Origin: Schizosaccharomyces osmophilus | Lineage: Eukaryota | DNA length: 64,000 nt | Assembly: GCF_027921745.1 (NCBI RefSeq) | Contig: NC_079239.1 | Coordinates: 620,001 to 684,000 of the forward strand | Reading direction: 5' to 3' | Shown: piece by piece, positions 47,884 through 60,608 of the stretch | How the letters are laid out: every line of letters starts with the position of its first letter | Position numbering within the stretch: position 1 is the stretch's first letter | Program-made: the position numbers and the translations under genes | Notes under the pieces: generated by a model | Database searches by the model: none | Told to the model about the DNA's origin: nothing | Seen by the model: only the letters and a program-made list of their open reading frames with translations

Positions 47884-49890
47884 TTAATACCCAGTAGATT
47901 CCAGAACTTCGAATAGAGGAGACAACTCAGGACCAAGACCTAAACCAACAGTTTCATAATCGTTATCAAAATAAGAGCCGTCAGTTCGATCATCTTCTAA
48001 AGTGCTTTGGAAGTCTGAGTGTAATTGTCGATATGTGATTTTCTTTGCTTTCTTTTTAAGTGCACGACGAGCTTTACGAGAATGCTTCGGCTTTGCAGCG
48101 ACCGAACTAACATTGTTAAGTGTAGCAGATCGTTGCTTATGTCTTCGCTTTTCGCGAGACTTGATAGCCAAGGTGCACCATTCGTCTCGAATAAGTTCGT
48201 CTTTTCGAGCCATCGATTTAATGTATTGATTCCGTCTGAATGTACCAATAGGAATTTTCTCCCAGCGATTCAGAAGGTTATCCTCTTGGCTGGTTACAGA
48301 TTCCTCAGGTTTCGTATCATTATTAGTCGTAGCAGCTTGGAGAAGCGATGTATCAAGGATATCATCCAAAGATGGTTCTTCAGTATTTGATGTTTTGTTT
48401 GAAGATTGTGTGGGGATAGGGGTCTCCACATCGCCTTTCTTAGATGCGTTAAACTTGTCTTCATAAAGAGAGTGGGAATGCTTTCCGTCAATAAAGCCAA
48501 CCAAATGGTCAGGTTCTCTATTCCATGTACCTAAAACGGGAGGTTTAGGTTGAGAATAATTCAATTTCGGATCCAATTCGAACGAGGAAATGCCATTTGC
48601 ATCAGACGTGATAACGGGAGATGTATCTACAAAGCTAGCGAGAACGGGTCCATCGTTGTTAGTATGATTTTCAGGATGAAAGGAATCTTTAATTGGTGAA
48701 GTAGGTTTAGATTGCGAAGTTTCCAATCCAGCATCTTCTGGAATAGGAAAGGAAGAAACCTTAGAGAAGGGGGGGTCAGAAAAAGCAGAAGCTAGAGGGT
48801 CGAACATGGCGGAAGAAGAATTAGAAGGGGTTTCTTGCAAAGAGGTAGATCTGCCAAGCTTGGGTTCACAAAGCTGAGGCACTTCTTCATCCGTAGTGTC
48901 GCCGTCATCCTCTTGAGGACGACTTGTAGAAAAGGAATGACGACGGTAAGCACCATTGCGGGAACTGCGAGTCAATGGATCCAATTCATCGGAAGAATCA
49001 TCGAAAAAGCATTCCCATCCAATGAAATCAACGTCATCGCGTTCATCATCGTTTAAATTTTCAACACTCGAGTCAGAACTCAAAATACCAAGCAAAAACT
49101 CGTCATCTGAGCGCTCGTCCAAGTTATCATGATCAGGAATATATGCCTCGTTGCGATGACTGTTGAACGATGCCATATCGATGTCGAGGTTATCGACCCA
49201 GGATGCACTGACCAAGTCTTCTTCAGCAACCTCATCTTCATCATCCGAACTTGCAAAAATTTCGGCAGCATCTGATACAACAGCGTCTTTTTCTGGATAG
49301 ATTTCAGATGCTTTCCTAGCATTGCTCAAAAGGGACGCGGATTTTCGACGTTCTGTTAACAAGTCTTTTTTGTGTAAAAACTTCAAATCTTCTAAGCTCA
49401 TAGGGTTTTCCGTAAGCGCATTGGACTCTTCATGGCTCGTAAATCCATTATTCTTTATGGATTGAGGCTCGGTCCTGCTTGGCTCAAACTTTTCAGAGAA
49501 AAATTTTGTTAACGTATTACTTTCAGGACCATGACTAGTTTTCCAATCTAATTTTCCATCCTCTAATTGATTTTTAGAGTCTTTCGTAATCGTATGTAAG
49601 CTATTTTCGCCATCCAAAAAATTCTTTTCATTCAACTCCGATCCAAAGTCGACTCCATCATTAATGCCATCCAGAACTGCAAATTGATTTTCGTCAAGTG
49701 CGATCGTGTCATTAAGTCCTAGTCCACTATCAAATTCACCATCCTTACCGATGAATGGTGTCGCCAAATTTCCAAAGCTCAATGAGAATTCCAATTCTCC
49801 TGGGAATTCATCCTCTTCATCCTCTCCTTCACTTCCATCATAATTCTCGTTTATTCCAAAGTCATATATCCCACTATTTGCTAATTCCAT
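47884..49890 (-). CDS. crf1: Ifh1/Crf1-family regulator of ribosomal protein gene transcription
   Basis: Very acidic protein with the forkhead-binding motif EDDGDTTDEE, KPPVLGTW...VGFIDG and IPIGTFR. First ATG of the frame at 49890. Confidence 0.8.
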   Translation of the reverse strand: MELANSGIYDFGINENYDGSEGEDEEDEFPGELEFSLSFGNLATPFIGKDGEFDSGLGLNDTIALDENQFAVLDGINDGVDFGSELNEKNFLDGENSLHTITKDSKNQLEDGKLDWKTSHGPESNTLTKFFSEKFEPSRTEPQSIKNNGFTSHEESNALTENPMSLEDLKFLHKKDLLTERRKSASLLSNARKASEIYPEKDAVVSDAAEIFASSDDEDEVAEEDLVSASWVDNLDIDMASFNSHRNEAYIPDHDNLDERSDDEFLLGILSSDSSVENLNDDERDDVDFIGWECFFDDSSDELDPLTRSSRNGAYRRHSFSTSRPQEDDGDTTDEEVPQLCEPKLGRSTSLQETPSNSSSAMFDPLASAFSDPPFSKVSSFPIPEDAGLETSQSKPTSPIKDSFHPENHTNNDGPVLASFVDTSPVITSDANGISSFELDPKLNYSQPKPPVLGTWNREPDHLVGFIDGKHSHSLYEDKFNASKKGDVETPIPTQSSNKTSNTEEPSLDDILDTSLLQAATTNNDTKPEESVTSQEDNLLNRWEKIPIGTFRRNQYIKSMARKDELIRDEWCTLAIKSREKRRHKQRSATLNNVSSVAAKPKHSRKARRALKKKAKKITYRQLHSDFQSTLEDDRTDGSYFDNDYETVGLGLGPELSPLFEVLESTGY

Positions 49891-49983
49891 TTTCAATCAT
49901 GCGTGCATACAATTTGGTTCTGGTTGAGTTGCATGAGCTCACTTTTGCACGATAACCCTAATAGGTCGGTCATGCGCATTCAT
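49874..49983 (-). promoter_or_regulatory. uORF cluster in the presumed crf1 leader
   Basis: ATGs at 49983, 49979, 49973, 49934, 49908 and 49900 define four short ORFs: 49983-49939, 49979-49893, 49908-49897 and 49900-49874. Confidence 0.5.
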
Positions 49984-50600
49984 TGTTTCTCCCGTTGCTA
50001 CCTCCAAGACCCTACCCTGGAAATATTCTTATAGTGATATTTCTTTGTCTCACGAAAACTTCTGTCTTTTTCTTGTTGATTTCTCTTATTTTTGCAAAAG
50101 CAAATCATTTTGTCCGTTCCCTTAAAGAGTGCTCACATTCCTAATGGGCTTCACCGTGGTCGTTTCGGTAGTTGGGATCGCTCTTTAACTAACACCATTC
50201 CTTGGTAGCTAGTAGTATACAGTGAAAAGGGAAAAGTTACGATAGGTCGCTATGTCCTGTCAAGTCCAAAGAAACGACGTGTAGTTGTAATGGAAAGTAG
50301 TAAAAATTGTATCATCATACTCAATTTCTTTCTGTATCTATATGTATATTAAGTAACGGTAATTCAAGTGTTCTTTAAACAATCTACCAAACATAGAAAC
50401 CACAGCAGAATATACTCTATAGGAAAACACATCATCAATACATATCATATCATATAATCTTGTACTTATTAATTGCTTATATCGTAAATACAGTTCTGTA
50501 CTCAACCCTATCATCATCGTTTAGTTTCAAACTTCACAGTCATGAGAGTGTCCTTTGTCGTCGTCTGTTCAACTTCTTCTTCCCTTGCATCATCACTGTT

Positions 50601-51991
50601 TCAAGAAATTTCGGCGGATTCTCTCTTCTTCAAAACTAAATCGTTGCCTGTCATACGCTTATAGATATTACGGACATCGCGAGCCATCGTTTCAAAGTGC
50701 GATGTAGCATCAACACTCTTTGTAATATAGCATTGGTCCTTTGTACCATCTTCCATCGGCTCGTATAACTCTTGCACCCGAGAAAAGGACTCCACAACAG
50801 GACCCAATAATTTCAAGCCTGGTGCAATTTCAGATAAAGGATTGGCGGTTTCTACAATCGTAGAAATTATCGCCAAATAGTATCCTTTAGGGCATACATT
50901 ATGTACAGATGAAATGCATGCAATGTAAATATCATGCTTTCTCTTGACTTGGTTTTGGGGAATTATAATTTGCACGGAATCCAAATTGTCCGTATTAGGA
51001 ATTGGGTGATCTAAAATACAAATGGCACGGACCAATCTGCCAATGCTGCGTACCTTTTCTCGGAAATACGATGGGTCACCAACAACCTGCTTTGCCTTGG
51101 CTACTTGTTCTCCACTACGAACTCCAACGGCAACGCCATTTCCATCATACTCTATTGCATCCACTGGTTGGCCAAGCATGTATGTCCCGCCATAAATCGC
51201 ACTCAAACGAGCAAATCCTTGAGGAAGCTCTCCAAGACCATACATGGGATAAATATAAGGGGATTTGCCAAATTTGGCCATCGAAGAGGCATACAACAAG
51301 ATACGGTCTCGCGTCTCACGGGCAGGCTTCTTAATGTACGACTCGTCCAAATAAAGCGCCATGGCATGTCCAATGAAATCTTGTGTACCCGATTGAAGAC
51401 CAAACTTTTTGTATACTGTCTCCATGGAATCGCGATCCAAATTGATGTCTTTCTGCGTGCTGGGATCCTCTTCGCGGTAGTTGCTAACCCACTCCAAAAA
51501 CTTTTTAGCTCGGCGCTTCTCAAATAAACTCATCAGAGGGCTCTTCAAAGCTTCCATCTCATTCCCTGGTACTTTTGCGATTCTCCCATCTCGGTATACA
51601 TAACTACCAGAAATTTGCTTAAACTCGATATAGCGAGTAACGTCGGTATAAACCAAAATATTGGTCAAATCTCCATTGGCCATCAGAAATTTGGGGACTA
51701 AATCTACACACCAATCTCGATCACGACCAAGGTTTTCTGGGCGTTCTTCACCTTGTCGAAACATTCCATACAGCTGAGTTAAATTCAAACTAGCCGAATC
51801 TCTGTACATTTCCTGTTAGTTTCCTTGCCTTCCTCGTCAACCAAAGTATGCACTAGTGCATCTACATACGCTCCATAGTAGTCATTTCTATCAATGTGCA
51901 AGACTTTCTTCCCATCAATACTGAGCAAACCGCTCAAAATACATTCTGTAAGTCCTGTTCCCAGCACAATTACGTCGTATTCCTCATCCAT
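50601..51991 (-). CDS. gdi1: Rab GDP-dissociation inhibitor (2 exons)
   Basis: [17 protein letters not shown]...[21 protein letters not shown] and [20 protein letters not shown] motifs. Confidence 0.96.
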
Positions 51992-52426
51992 TGTGTTTTG
52001 TTGTTGACAAGCACTTAGATGCACTGAAATCATCAGCTTGTTTATGAGTGTTACTTCAGTTCATACTGTTACTCGCATGTCAAACAAACGTTTAAGTCCT
52101 ACCACCATGCGAATACCACCTTTGTAGAGACTTCAATGAAAATATTAAACAGACTCTAAGTAGAAATTCATAAATATTGCAAGAAGTAACCTTGAACCAG
52201 CATTAGCAAAGTTCTCAACAACAGCATTTAGGATTGCTACCCTAGTCAGATAGAATATGTTCGTCTCTACTTATTTTTATGCATGGGAATTAAATTCCTT
52301 TTCCTTTTATTCAAATTATGTTTTATCGCTAAAAATGTGCGTCTCCTTGTAGCTGTTAAGGATTAAGAAGGGTAAGCTCAATTCACTTCCAACTACCATA
52401 TTATAGTCCCAAAGTAAAATTCAATC

Positions 52427-53544
52427 ATGGACAAGGTTGAATCGACAACAATTGAGACTAATCATAAGGACTTAATTAATGATGTATCATACGGTAGGTG
52501 AAAGATCTCTGGCAATGGAATTTCATACCTAACAGAACATGTAGATTTCTACGGTCGTAGGATGGCTTCATGTTCCGCGGACCAACGAGTAAAAGTCTAC
52601 GATTTTGATGAAGAGAGCGAGAATTGGAAAATCTCGTCTGAGTGGAGAGCTGGAGATGCGAGCCTTATGAGAATTGAATGGGCTCACCCAGAATTTGGTC
52701 AGGTCTTAGCTGTCTGTAGCTTAGACAGAGGTGTTCGAGTTTACCAGGAACAAAAGGGAGGTTTACATACGAAAGCATGGGTCGAGGTTGCAAAATTAAT
52801 GGATGCCAGAAGTGCAGTTTTAGATATCAGCTTTTGTCCTATCCAGCATGGTTGTAAACTTGCTGCAATTTCAGCAGATGCTACTTTGAGGATATATGAA
52901 GCTCTCGAGCCTGAAAATATTTCTTCTTGGACTTTGATGGATGAGATTAAATTGCTCCCTTCTCCCCCTTCTCGTAATGAACAATCTTCCTTTTGTGTCA
53001 GTTGGTGCCCTTCTCGTTGGCGCACTCAATGCGTTGCCGTGGGGTGTATGGACAAAGCTTACTTATATACTCAAAACGCTAGTGCAAAATGGAAGCAAAT
53101 TGCTTCCTTGCCTGGACATGCCGATCTCGTCCGTGACATTGCATGGGCGCCTTCGATGGGACGCCTCTACCATTTACTAGCCACAGCCAGCAAGGACGGA
53201 AATGTACGCATTTTCAAAGTTTCTATTCCTTTACAACCAAACCAAACAAACTCTTTTGAATACGAGTCTCCCGCGGAGACCACTCATGAACCCATAAAGG
53301 TAGAGTTGATTGGTGAATATGATAATCACAAGTGCCAGGTTTGGAGGTGTCAGTTTAACGTTACCGGTACAATTTTAAGCACTTCTGGTGATGACGGTTG
53401 TATTCGACTATGGAAAGCTTCATACGCTAATCTCTTCAAATGCATTTCGGTAGTTTCATTAGAAAGGTAAGTGATTCTTTTGTCAAGCATGATTAGAAAA
53501 AATACTAATAACATGAAACTAGAAAACCGGAACGCGCTGTTTAA
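52427..53544 (+). CDS. seh1: WD40 nucleoporin / SEACAT-GATOR2 subunit Seh1 (3 exons)
   Basis: HKDLINDVSY|DFYGRRMASCSADQ, WAHPEFGQ and WAPSMGR motifs. A last intron GTAAGT...TAG gives C-terminal RKPERAV*. Confidence 0.92.
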
Positions 53545-53799
53545 AGTGACTTCTTCCTCTAAAAATACAAAATGGATTGAGTATTTCGTCTTTCCAGGTT
53601 TATGAAATTTTTTAGACTTTTACATTACAACTATCTGTTTAACCAAAATTTTGTTTTTGATGTCTTCCATTAGTAATGGAAGGTTTTATATGCGTCTTTT
53701 AAGATTCGATAAGGTTTTTTCTAAGGGAAATGACATATTCATAACCAGAAAAATACTACGTATATTCATGGAAAACCAACTTTAATTTCTTGTTTTTAT

Positions 53800-54440
53800 C
53801 TAACCATAGTTAAGACGGAAAAGATCATTCAAAACAAAGTAGTTACCGCCATTATTCACAAGATGGAAAACTTGGCTGTAGCGTTGTGCCATTTGTTCCT
53901 CATCCAACTATGAAGCATGTTAGTTGGATTCAAATGAATTAAATATTTTATCTCATAGAGTCTTCAAACATATATATGTAGACTCAATATTTCTTGTTCA
54001 GCTTACCAAAAGTTCACCAGTAACCATAACAACAACGGAGCCGTTAGCACCGGTAGGTTGTGCATCCAAAGTAGAAATACGGTGTTGGACACGTTGGAAG
54101 GGGAGACCCTGTAATTCGTCGTTAGTTTTGTTATGAGCAGGTGAGATCTTCACGTACCATAAGTTTCTCAACAATATCCTTAGCACCTTGGAGTTGGGCG
54201 CCCTCAAAACTCAACATAGACTCATCACGCTTTACAAACACTGTTAGTTACTTTCTTTTTCAACTTCAGCTTGACTTGGTTTCTCTTTCGCTGAGTCACT
54301 TACGTATAAAGATGAGAGTTGAGAACGATCGGTGTCGAAAGTTTGATAATAAAATTGAGTGAACTGAGTAGCCAGAGCGTTGAAGTCTGTTTTTCGTTAG
54401 TCTTTCATTTTCGGTTTTTACTTATGAACTTACCAGCCAT
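53800..54440 (-). CDS. nxt2: Nuclear transport factor 2 (NTF2), 5 exons
   Basis: Rebuilt by hand: [40 protein letters not shown]...|[18 protein letters not shown]...[22 protein letters not shown]...NDLFRLNYG*. Confidence 0.92.
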
Positions 54441-55001
54441 ACTGGTGGATAGTGGTAAAAGAAAACTGCTGTAGGTGAAACCATCGTTTACCCCAAACAG
54501 CTAATAAGGATATTACTTGAGTCGCACTATTCCAAATATAGATAATTTCAGAACTCGTTATTATATTGCAATGCGAATGACATGGTTATTACAAAAATGA
54601 TTTATGAATGCAAATCCGAAATTGGAAAAGTCAATATTCCTTGGATACCTCGTCTAATAGTATAGAAGCTTGATACATAATGCATTATACAAACTGAAAA
54701 TTATTTAAAGGTTCCCTTACCTTCTACAATACAGTAACGACAGTGAGATTAAGTTCCCTCAAGGACAGAGTATACTTACTTAGCAAAAGGTCATCGATTA
54801 ATCATAGAAATGCTTGTTAATTAATAGAACGTAAGAAAATAAAAAGAATAAATCAATAATAACGATAGAAATGCAATGAAGGAACGGTAAAGATACAAAC
54901 CTAGAAGACGTAAACAAAAATGCAAGAAAAGATCATTTCGTCATGTATAACATGAGCCAGTACTAACGTTGAGAACACTTGTTTTTCCCCTTACAGAATA
55001 A

Positions 55002-57386
55002 TTAACCCTCAAATGTTTCTCCAAAAACAGAATCTGCTACAGGGTCATCTTTATCAAAACCGTTTTTTTCATTACGAACGGAGTCTTTGAGCCGGTCTCT
55101 TTCCGAAAATTCATCAACGTGAAAACCTTCAAACCGATCTTCTAAGGATTTATTGGTACTGCAAAAAGTTAGTAAATTGCTCTACAACAAAGGGTTGTTT
55201 GGTTAAAAACCAACTTACAAAGTAAATCCTTTGAATCTGTCTTGCATCGTATTTGATAGAGGTGTAGAACCATTAACTGAATCCTGGGGACCATTTAAGT
55301 TTATATTGCGAACATTAGTGTTCGTAAATTCTTGATCAAAATTGGAGACATCCAAATCACTTTGTACTTGAGGCTTAAATGGAGGGGGTAACTTTTTCTT
55401 CGCCAGCAAACTCCAGTTGATATCATCAAAAAATGGATGCGCTTTTAGTTCCTCCGCATCTGCAATTGCTCCCAGTCGATGTTTGGGATTCCGATTCAGC
55501 AATCCACGAACGAAGCTGCGAGCTTCTTGGGATAGCACGCCTTTGGGAAACCGAACTTTCCCAAAAGCTATATTTCTGTACATCTGTTGCACATCCGGTG
55601 CATAAAAGGGACTCCAACCACAACACATTTCGAAAACTAAAACACCGAGAGACCAAAAATCTACCTGCTTCGTATACCCCTTATCATCCAATAAAACCTC
55701 GGGTGCCAGGTATTCCGTAGTTCCACAAAAAGTATTTGTAGTGTCTTCGGACGAAAGATTTGCTTTCGACAATCCGAAATCACACAATGCAATATGTCCG
55801 CTTATATCTAAAAGAATATTTTCGGGCTTCAGGTCTCTATAAATAATGTCATGCTTGTGAAGATGTTCTAAGGCCAAAACAAGTTCTGCTATATAAAACT
55901 TAGCCCGATCTTCGCGAAACCGCCCCTCATGTTGTAGATGCCAAAATAATTCACCTCCACTCATGTAATCCGTAATTAAGAACAAGTCAGAATCAGTTTG
56001 AAAAGAAAACTTCAGTCCAACGATAAACGGTGATTCATCAAGTGAAGTTCGAACCAGTATATTCCTCTCCCCAATAGTATGTGTTACTTCCCTTTTTCTA
56101 ACAATTAATTTTTTTGAAATCTTTTTCATAGCATAAATTCGACCCGTGTCATTTTTTTGAACAAGATAAACGTGGCCAAATGTTCCTAAACACTAGTTAC
56201 TACTTTGATATTCTCCGAAAAAAAAAAAAAAAAAAAAAATCAACATACCTTTCCCGATCAGTCGAAGAATCGTAAAATCTTCTGGTCCGAATCGTGTGAT
56301 TTCTGACTGTTCAAATATACTTTGAATATTGACTTCACCTTCGAAGGGCTGTGATAAGTCCAAAGGTTCCAATTTATACCACCCTTCATTTAAATACTCG
56401 TTTAATAAAACCGGCACAACCTTGACGCTTCCTAGGAAGAAATCGTTATTCAAACGGTCGTAAACACTGACAGAAACGGCGGACTCTGGATTTATAACGT
56501 CGAAAACAGTTTCAAAGTCCCATCGAGGTGCTCGAGCTTCAGCAAATAACAACTCAGATTGAATGAGGGAAGGAGACATAGGAAAGTTCTCGTTCACGGT
56601 TCGTGTTTTGCAAGGGATGGTAATTCCCATCCCATTTTCGGCATCTTTCTTTGAAGAAGGAGTCACAACTTCGGTTTTATCATAATTAATGACTGCATAT
56701 GGTTCAACATGCATACTGGAGATTAGCAGATTACGGGCCTGACGAAGACGTACAACTAAACGTCCCATAATCTGATTAGAGGCCATCGGTTCAGATGCTT
56801 TATAGAATGAGTTGTCCAGTTGGGAATGGCTGGATGGAGGAGTTTTTAAAGGATCATTTTGGGGCTCGAGAGTTTTGAGATTTTCAGTTTTAGTATCCGT
56901 AGACGGAATAGCTTCATTTGATTTTTTTCTAGAGTCGGCGGGCTGTTCCTCTGAGTCCTTTGTTTTTTCCTAAAGCAGCGAGTTAGTATCAATCCATAAA
57001 CAGTTGTGATTCAGGATAGGGATGCGATATCGAACGAAACCACGCAGAAACAATAACATCAAAGCATAGGTCCATATTACACCAAAAAACGGCTTTCGTT
57101 AATGGTTTTACTACGCAATTCTATCTCTTAAACTTACTATTTGTTTCACCTGAGTAGTTATTTCTTCATACACGTTTTTTAAACGGTCCGGTAAAAGAAT
57201 GGGATCATAACTAGTCGAAACGTTCTGATTGTCATACTCAGTCGTTCCTTTTGCTTCGGCTGTCTCAACAGATACGGAAGGTGTAGAAGAGAGAGAAATT
57301 TTAAAAGAAGGATCTGAAGATGATGAGTATTGATTTTTACTGTCAGAACCGGATCTCCCTTGTATTTTTTCGAAAATTTCAGTCAT
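55002..57386 (-). CDS. sck1: AGC kinase Sck1 (Sch9/S6K-like), 4 exons
   Basis: MTEIF start, C2 domain, GKG|TFG, YRDLKPEN, TFCGTTEYLAPE, and hydrophobic motif FKGFTF split by the last intron. Confidence 0.92.
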
Positions 57387-57418
57387 TATAAGAGAGCCTG
57401 AAGGATCTGCTTGTCCAT
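57386..57418 (-). promoter_or_regulatory. uORF MDKQILQALL* whose TAA overlaps the sck1 ATG (TAATG)
   Basis: ATG at 57418, TAA at 57388-57386, main ATG starting at 57386. Confidence 0.5.
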
Positions 57419-59079
57419 GAAAGCCCCACAGCAACTGTGACAAAAAATCGGTTCTTGCTAGTTGTTGGATGGAAGATGCGTGCAGTTGGCAAAACCCACT
57501 GTCAACCCCTTTAGGTATTGTTTACCATTTAGTGAGTGAGAGGGAGTAAAAGTGAATTGCTTGTTTACCACGAGTAGAAACGGTGGAAATAGTAGAATAG
57601 ATATCTTATAAAACCTTTGAAAGCAGTTGCTTTGCAAGTCTACTTTCACCCTTTTGAAGAATTACCAGGGCTCAATTCGTACTTCAGAAAACTGTGCTTT
57701 AGCCAGTTCAATAACAAGAAAATAGGATAATGAGTATTTCAACTTTTATAGAGACGTAAAAATGATATATACATTCAATGAATTATACAAGCACCAATGA
57801 AGGCCACGAAGACTCATTTGTTTACGTTACCTGTGTTACCTCAATAAATAAATACGAAATCTTGGTTTCTTGAACGTAAAAGACGAAGTATTAAGAAAAA
57901 GATTCTTTGCAATTTATGGATGAATAATTCCAATAACTAATTGCTTAATTCACCCTTCTTGTGATCCCAAACAAATGTTGCATTTCCTGACCTTGTAGAG
58001 AACGGCGCAGAATGATTGACTTGCTCCAGCAAATGGGAATTTACTTAGTAAACGAAAAGAGTTCCATGATCGGTTGCAACCTTCTTTCTAATCTTCAATC
58101 ATTGTCCCCTCCCGACATTCATAGAGGAGAAAAGTATCCTTGACTGAATCCAAAAGAAAAAAAAAACAAAAAGGAAACGAGATATTCAAAATAGAATGAA
58201 CACGTATAATACAAAGTTCAATTCGAAGGTCGGCCGTGTAAATGTTGGATTCTTTCTGAGTTTAAGTGATGCTAGAGTAGACTGCAATGAATATTTTTTT
58301 GTAAAGGAAGAAGGAAGAAACAAGAATGAACGAAAAGCAACACAGAATTGGAATAGAAACGAGAAACAACATCAAGATAAGTAATACAATGATGGTTTGT
58401 GGATTATAGCTAGTTCTGTCGTTTGAATTGGTATACCAAATGAAGAATCAATGTACAGAATTTCGATGTGTCGGGGGTTCGTTTCAAGGCATAAAAACAA
58501 CTTGCTACAGACATTAATTCAGAAAGTTCTAAAATGCTTCAAGTTTGAAGGGGTTTAGAAATAAAACAAATTGGTTCAACATTTGAAATCAGTCACTGCC
58601 TCCTTACATAAATTACTTGAGTCCGAAGAGATTAAGAGGGTAAGGATCCAACCAAGCGTAGCGCTGCAGTGTTTAGACAAGGAGTGAAATTTTGCAATCC
58701 CTCTTCAAAATGTCTCCAAAATGAATATTTGCTCATAAACCGACAAAGCATGAATTATCATGGCTTTCTTATGCTATTCCTATGGTACTTTCTAAAATAC
58801 GACTCAGGTGTTGAAAAGAAAAAAAGAAAAGGAATCAAGGAATCAAGGAAACGTAAGCAAATAAAATGGATTCATTTAAAATTTTTTTAACTCTTATATT
58901 TGTTCTTCTCTCTAAAAAAAAAAAGTAAAAAGTAAAAGAATATGGTTTAAACAATGATTCGTATTTGAAAAATTAGTTTTTCAAAAACTGCCACATCTGG
59001 AAACATACAACGTGTTTTTGGTGGTGGTGTAAACTATTTTCACCACCAAGAAATTATCATCTCTTCACCAAAATTTGCA

Positions 59080-60415
59080 ATGGCTGGAATTGGCAAGAAA
59101 CGCGTATGTTTTTCTTTTATTTGGATTCTTTGATTATTAACTTTTATATTTTAGGTGAAGAAAAGGACTCATTTGAAAGAAGATCCTACTAGTGAGGCCT
59201 CGGTTCCCAAATCGGTAAGTATTGCTCTCAGATAGCTTTAGCTCTGGGAAAGGGTAAATATTAACACAAACTAGATGGTTATCCGTGTTGGTGCATCTGA
59301 AATAGGCAAAAGTCTTTCTCTTCTTACTCGTGATCTTCGACACATGATGGAACCGCATACAGCTGTGCGCTTGAGGGTAAGTATTTCTACCTTTTAGGCA
59401 TAGATTTGTTAACTCTGTTTAGGAACGTAAAGCAAACAAACTTAAGGACTACATAACAATGACTGGTCCTTTGGGAGTTTCTCATTTGATGGTTCTTTCT
59501 CGTTCCGATACGAATGCAAATTTACGAATTGTTCGTGCTCCAAGAGGCCCAGCTTTGCATTTTCGTATCCATGAGTATATGCTCAACAAAGATGTTCGAA
59601 ACCTTCAAAAGACTCCAAAATCTCCAAACGCAGAGTTTTTGACTCCTCCTCTTCTCGTAATGAACCATTTCAATACAAAGTCCTCTAAGGAAACCCCCCA
59701 TGAAGCTTTACTGACAACAACTTTCCAAAACATGTTTCCTCCCTTGTCGCTTCAGTCGACCAACATAAATTCAGTAAAACGTGTGCTTCTACTCAACAAA
59801 CGTGACGATGGCTACATAGATCTTCGTCATTACTTAATTACCACCAAGCCTGTAGGGGTTTCGCGGCCAATCAATCGTCTTTTAAAGGGCCAAACGCATC
59901 CCTCTGATCTCCCGGATTTAAATGGAGTTCGTGATATCTCGGATTTCGTTTTGCATGGAGAAGGGATGTCCGGAGTACCCAGTGATTCTGAGGCTGAAGA
60001 AGATGCTACCGTCGAAGTCTCTCGACCTACACCAACAAAAATCGAAGAAAAACTCCTTAGCGAATCTCAGTTGCTAAAACCCAAGCAGCAGGCGATTAAG
60101 TTAATTGAAATTGGTCCCCGTTTGACTTTGGAGCTCACAAAAGTTACCGAAGAAGCAATGGGAGGTAAGGTCCTTTATCACAGTCATGTACAGAAGTCTG
60201 AGGATGAAGTTCGTCAACTTGACAAGTATCACAATGAAAATCGTTCTCTTAAAGAAAAGAGAAAGAGAGCACAAGAACAAAATGTTCAGCGTAAGCTGGA
60301 TAAGAAGAATAAAAAGTCAAAGAAAAATCAACCTTCAAGTGAGCATTCTGGATCTGAAGCTAGTGAAGGCGAAGAGGAAGAGGAAGCTGCAGATGGTCAC
60401 ACTGCAGACGTGTAA
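59080..60415 (+). CDS. ssf1: Brix-domain 60S assembly factor Ssf1/Peter Pan (4 exons)
   Basis: KKRTH, PKS|MVIR, MMEPHTAVRLR|ERKANKLKDY, PRGPALHF and LIEIGPRLTL motifs. Confidence 0.92.
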
Positions 60416-60608
60416 TAAAATAATTATGGTCGTGGTACATGGTGAACATTAAAAATTGAAATTTTTTGGGTTTATATTATATGATTAGTCAGGATAAATA
60501 AATAACAGTTTTTTATTTCTTTGTTTTAAATGTAAATAAAAAAAAACGATACCCTGTGTCTAATAAATAATTATAAAACAAATACTCTAAACGTAGCGAT
60601 AAATTAAT

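Noticed and set aside
59080..60415. Apparent inversion of ssf1 relative to S. pombe (systematic name ends in c)
   Set aside because: I recall an alias without the c suffix from the overlapping cosmid, so the suffix is unreliable for orientation.
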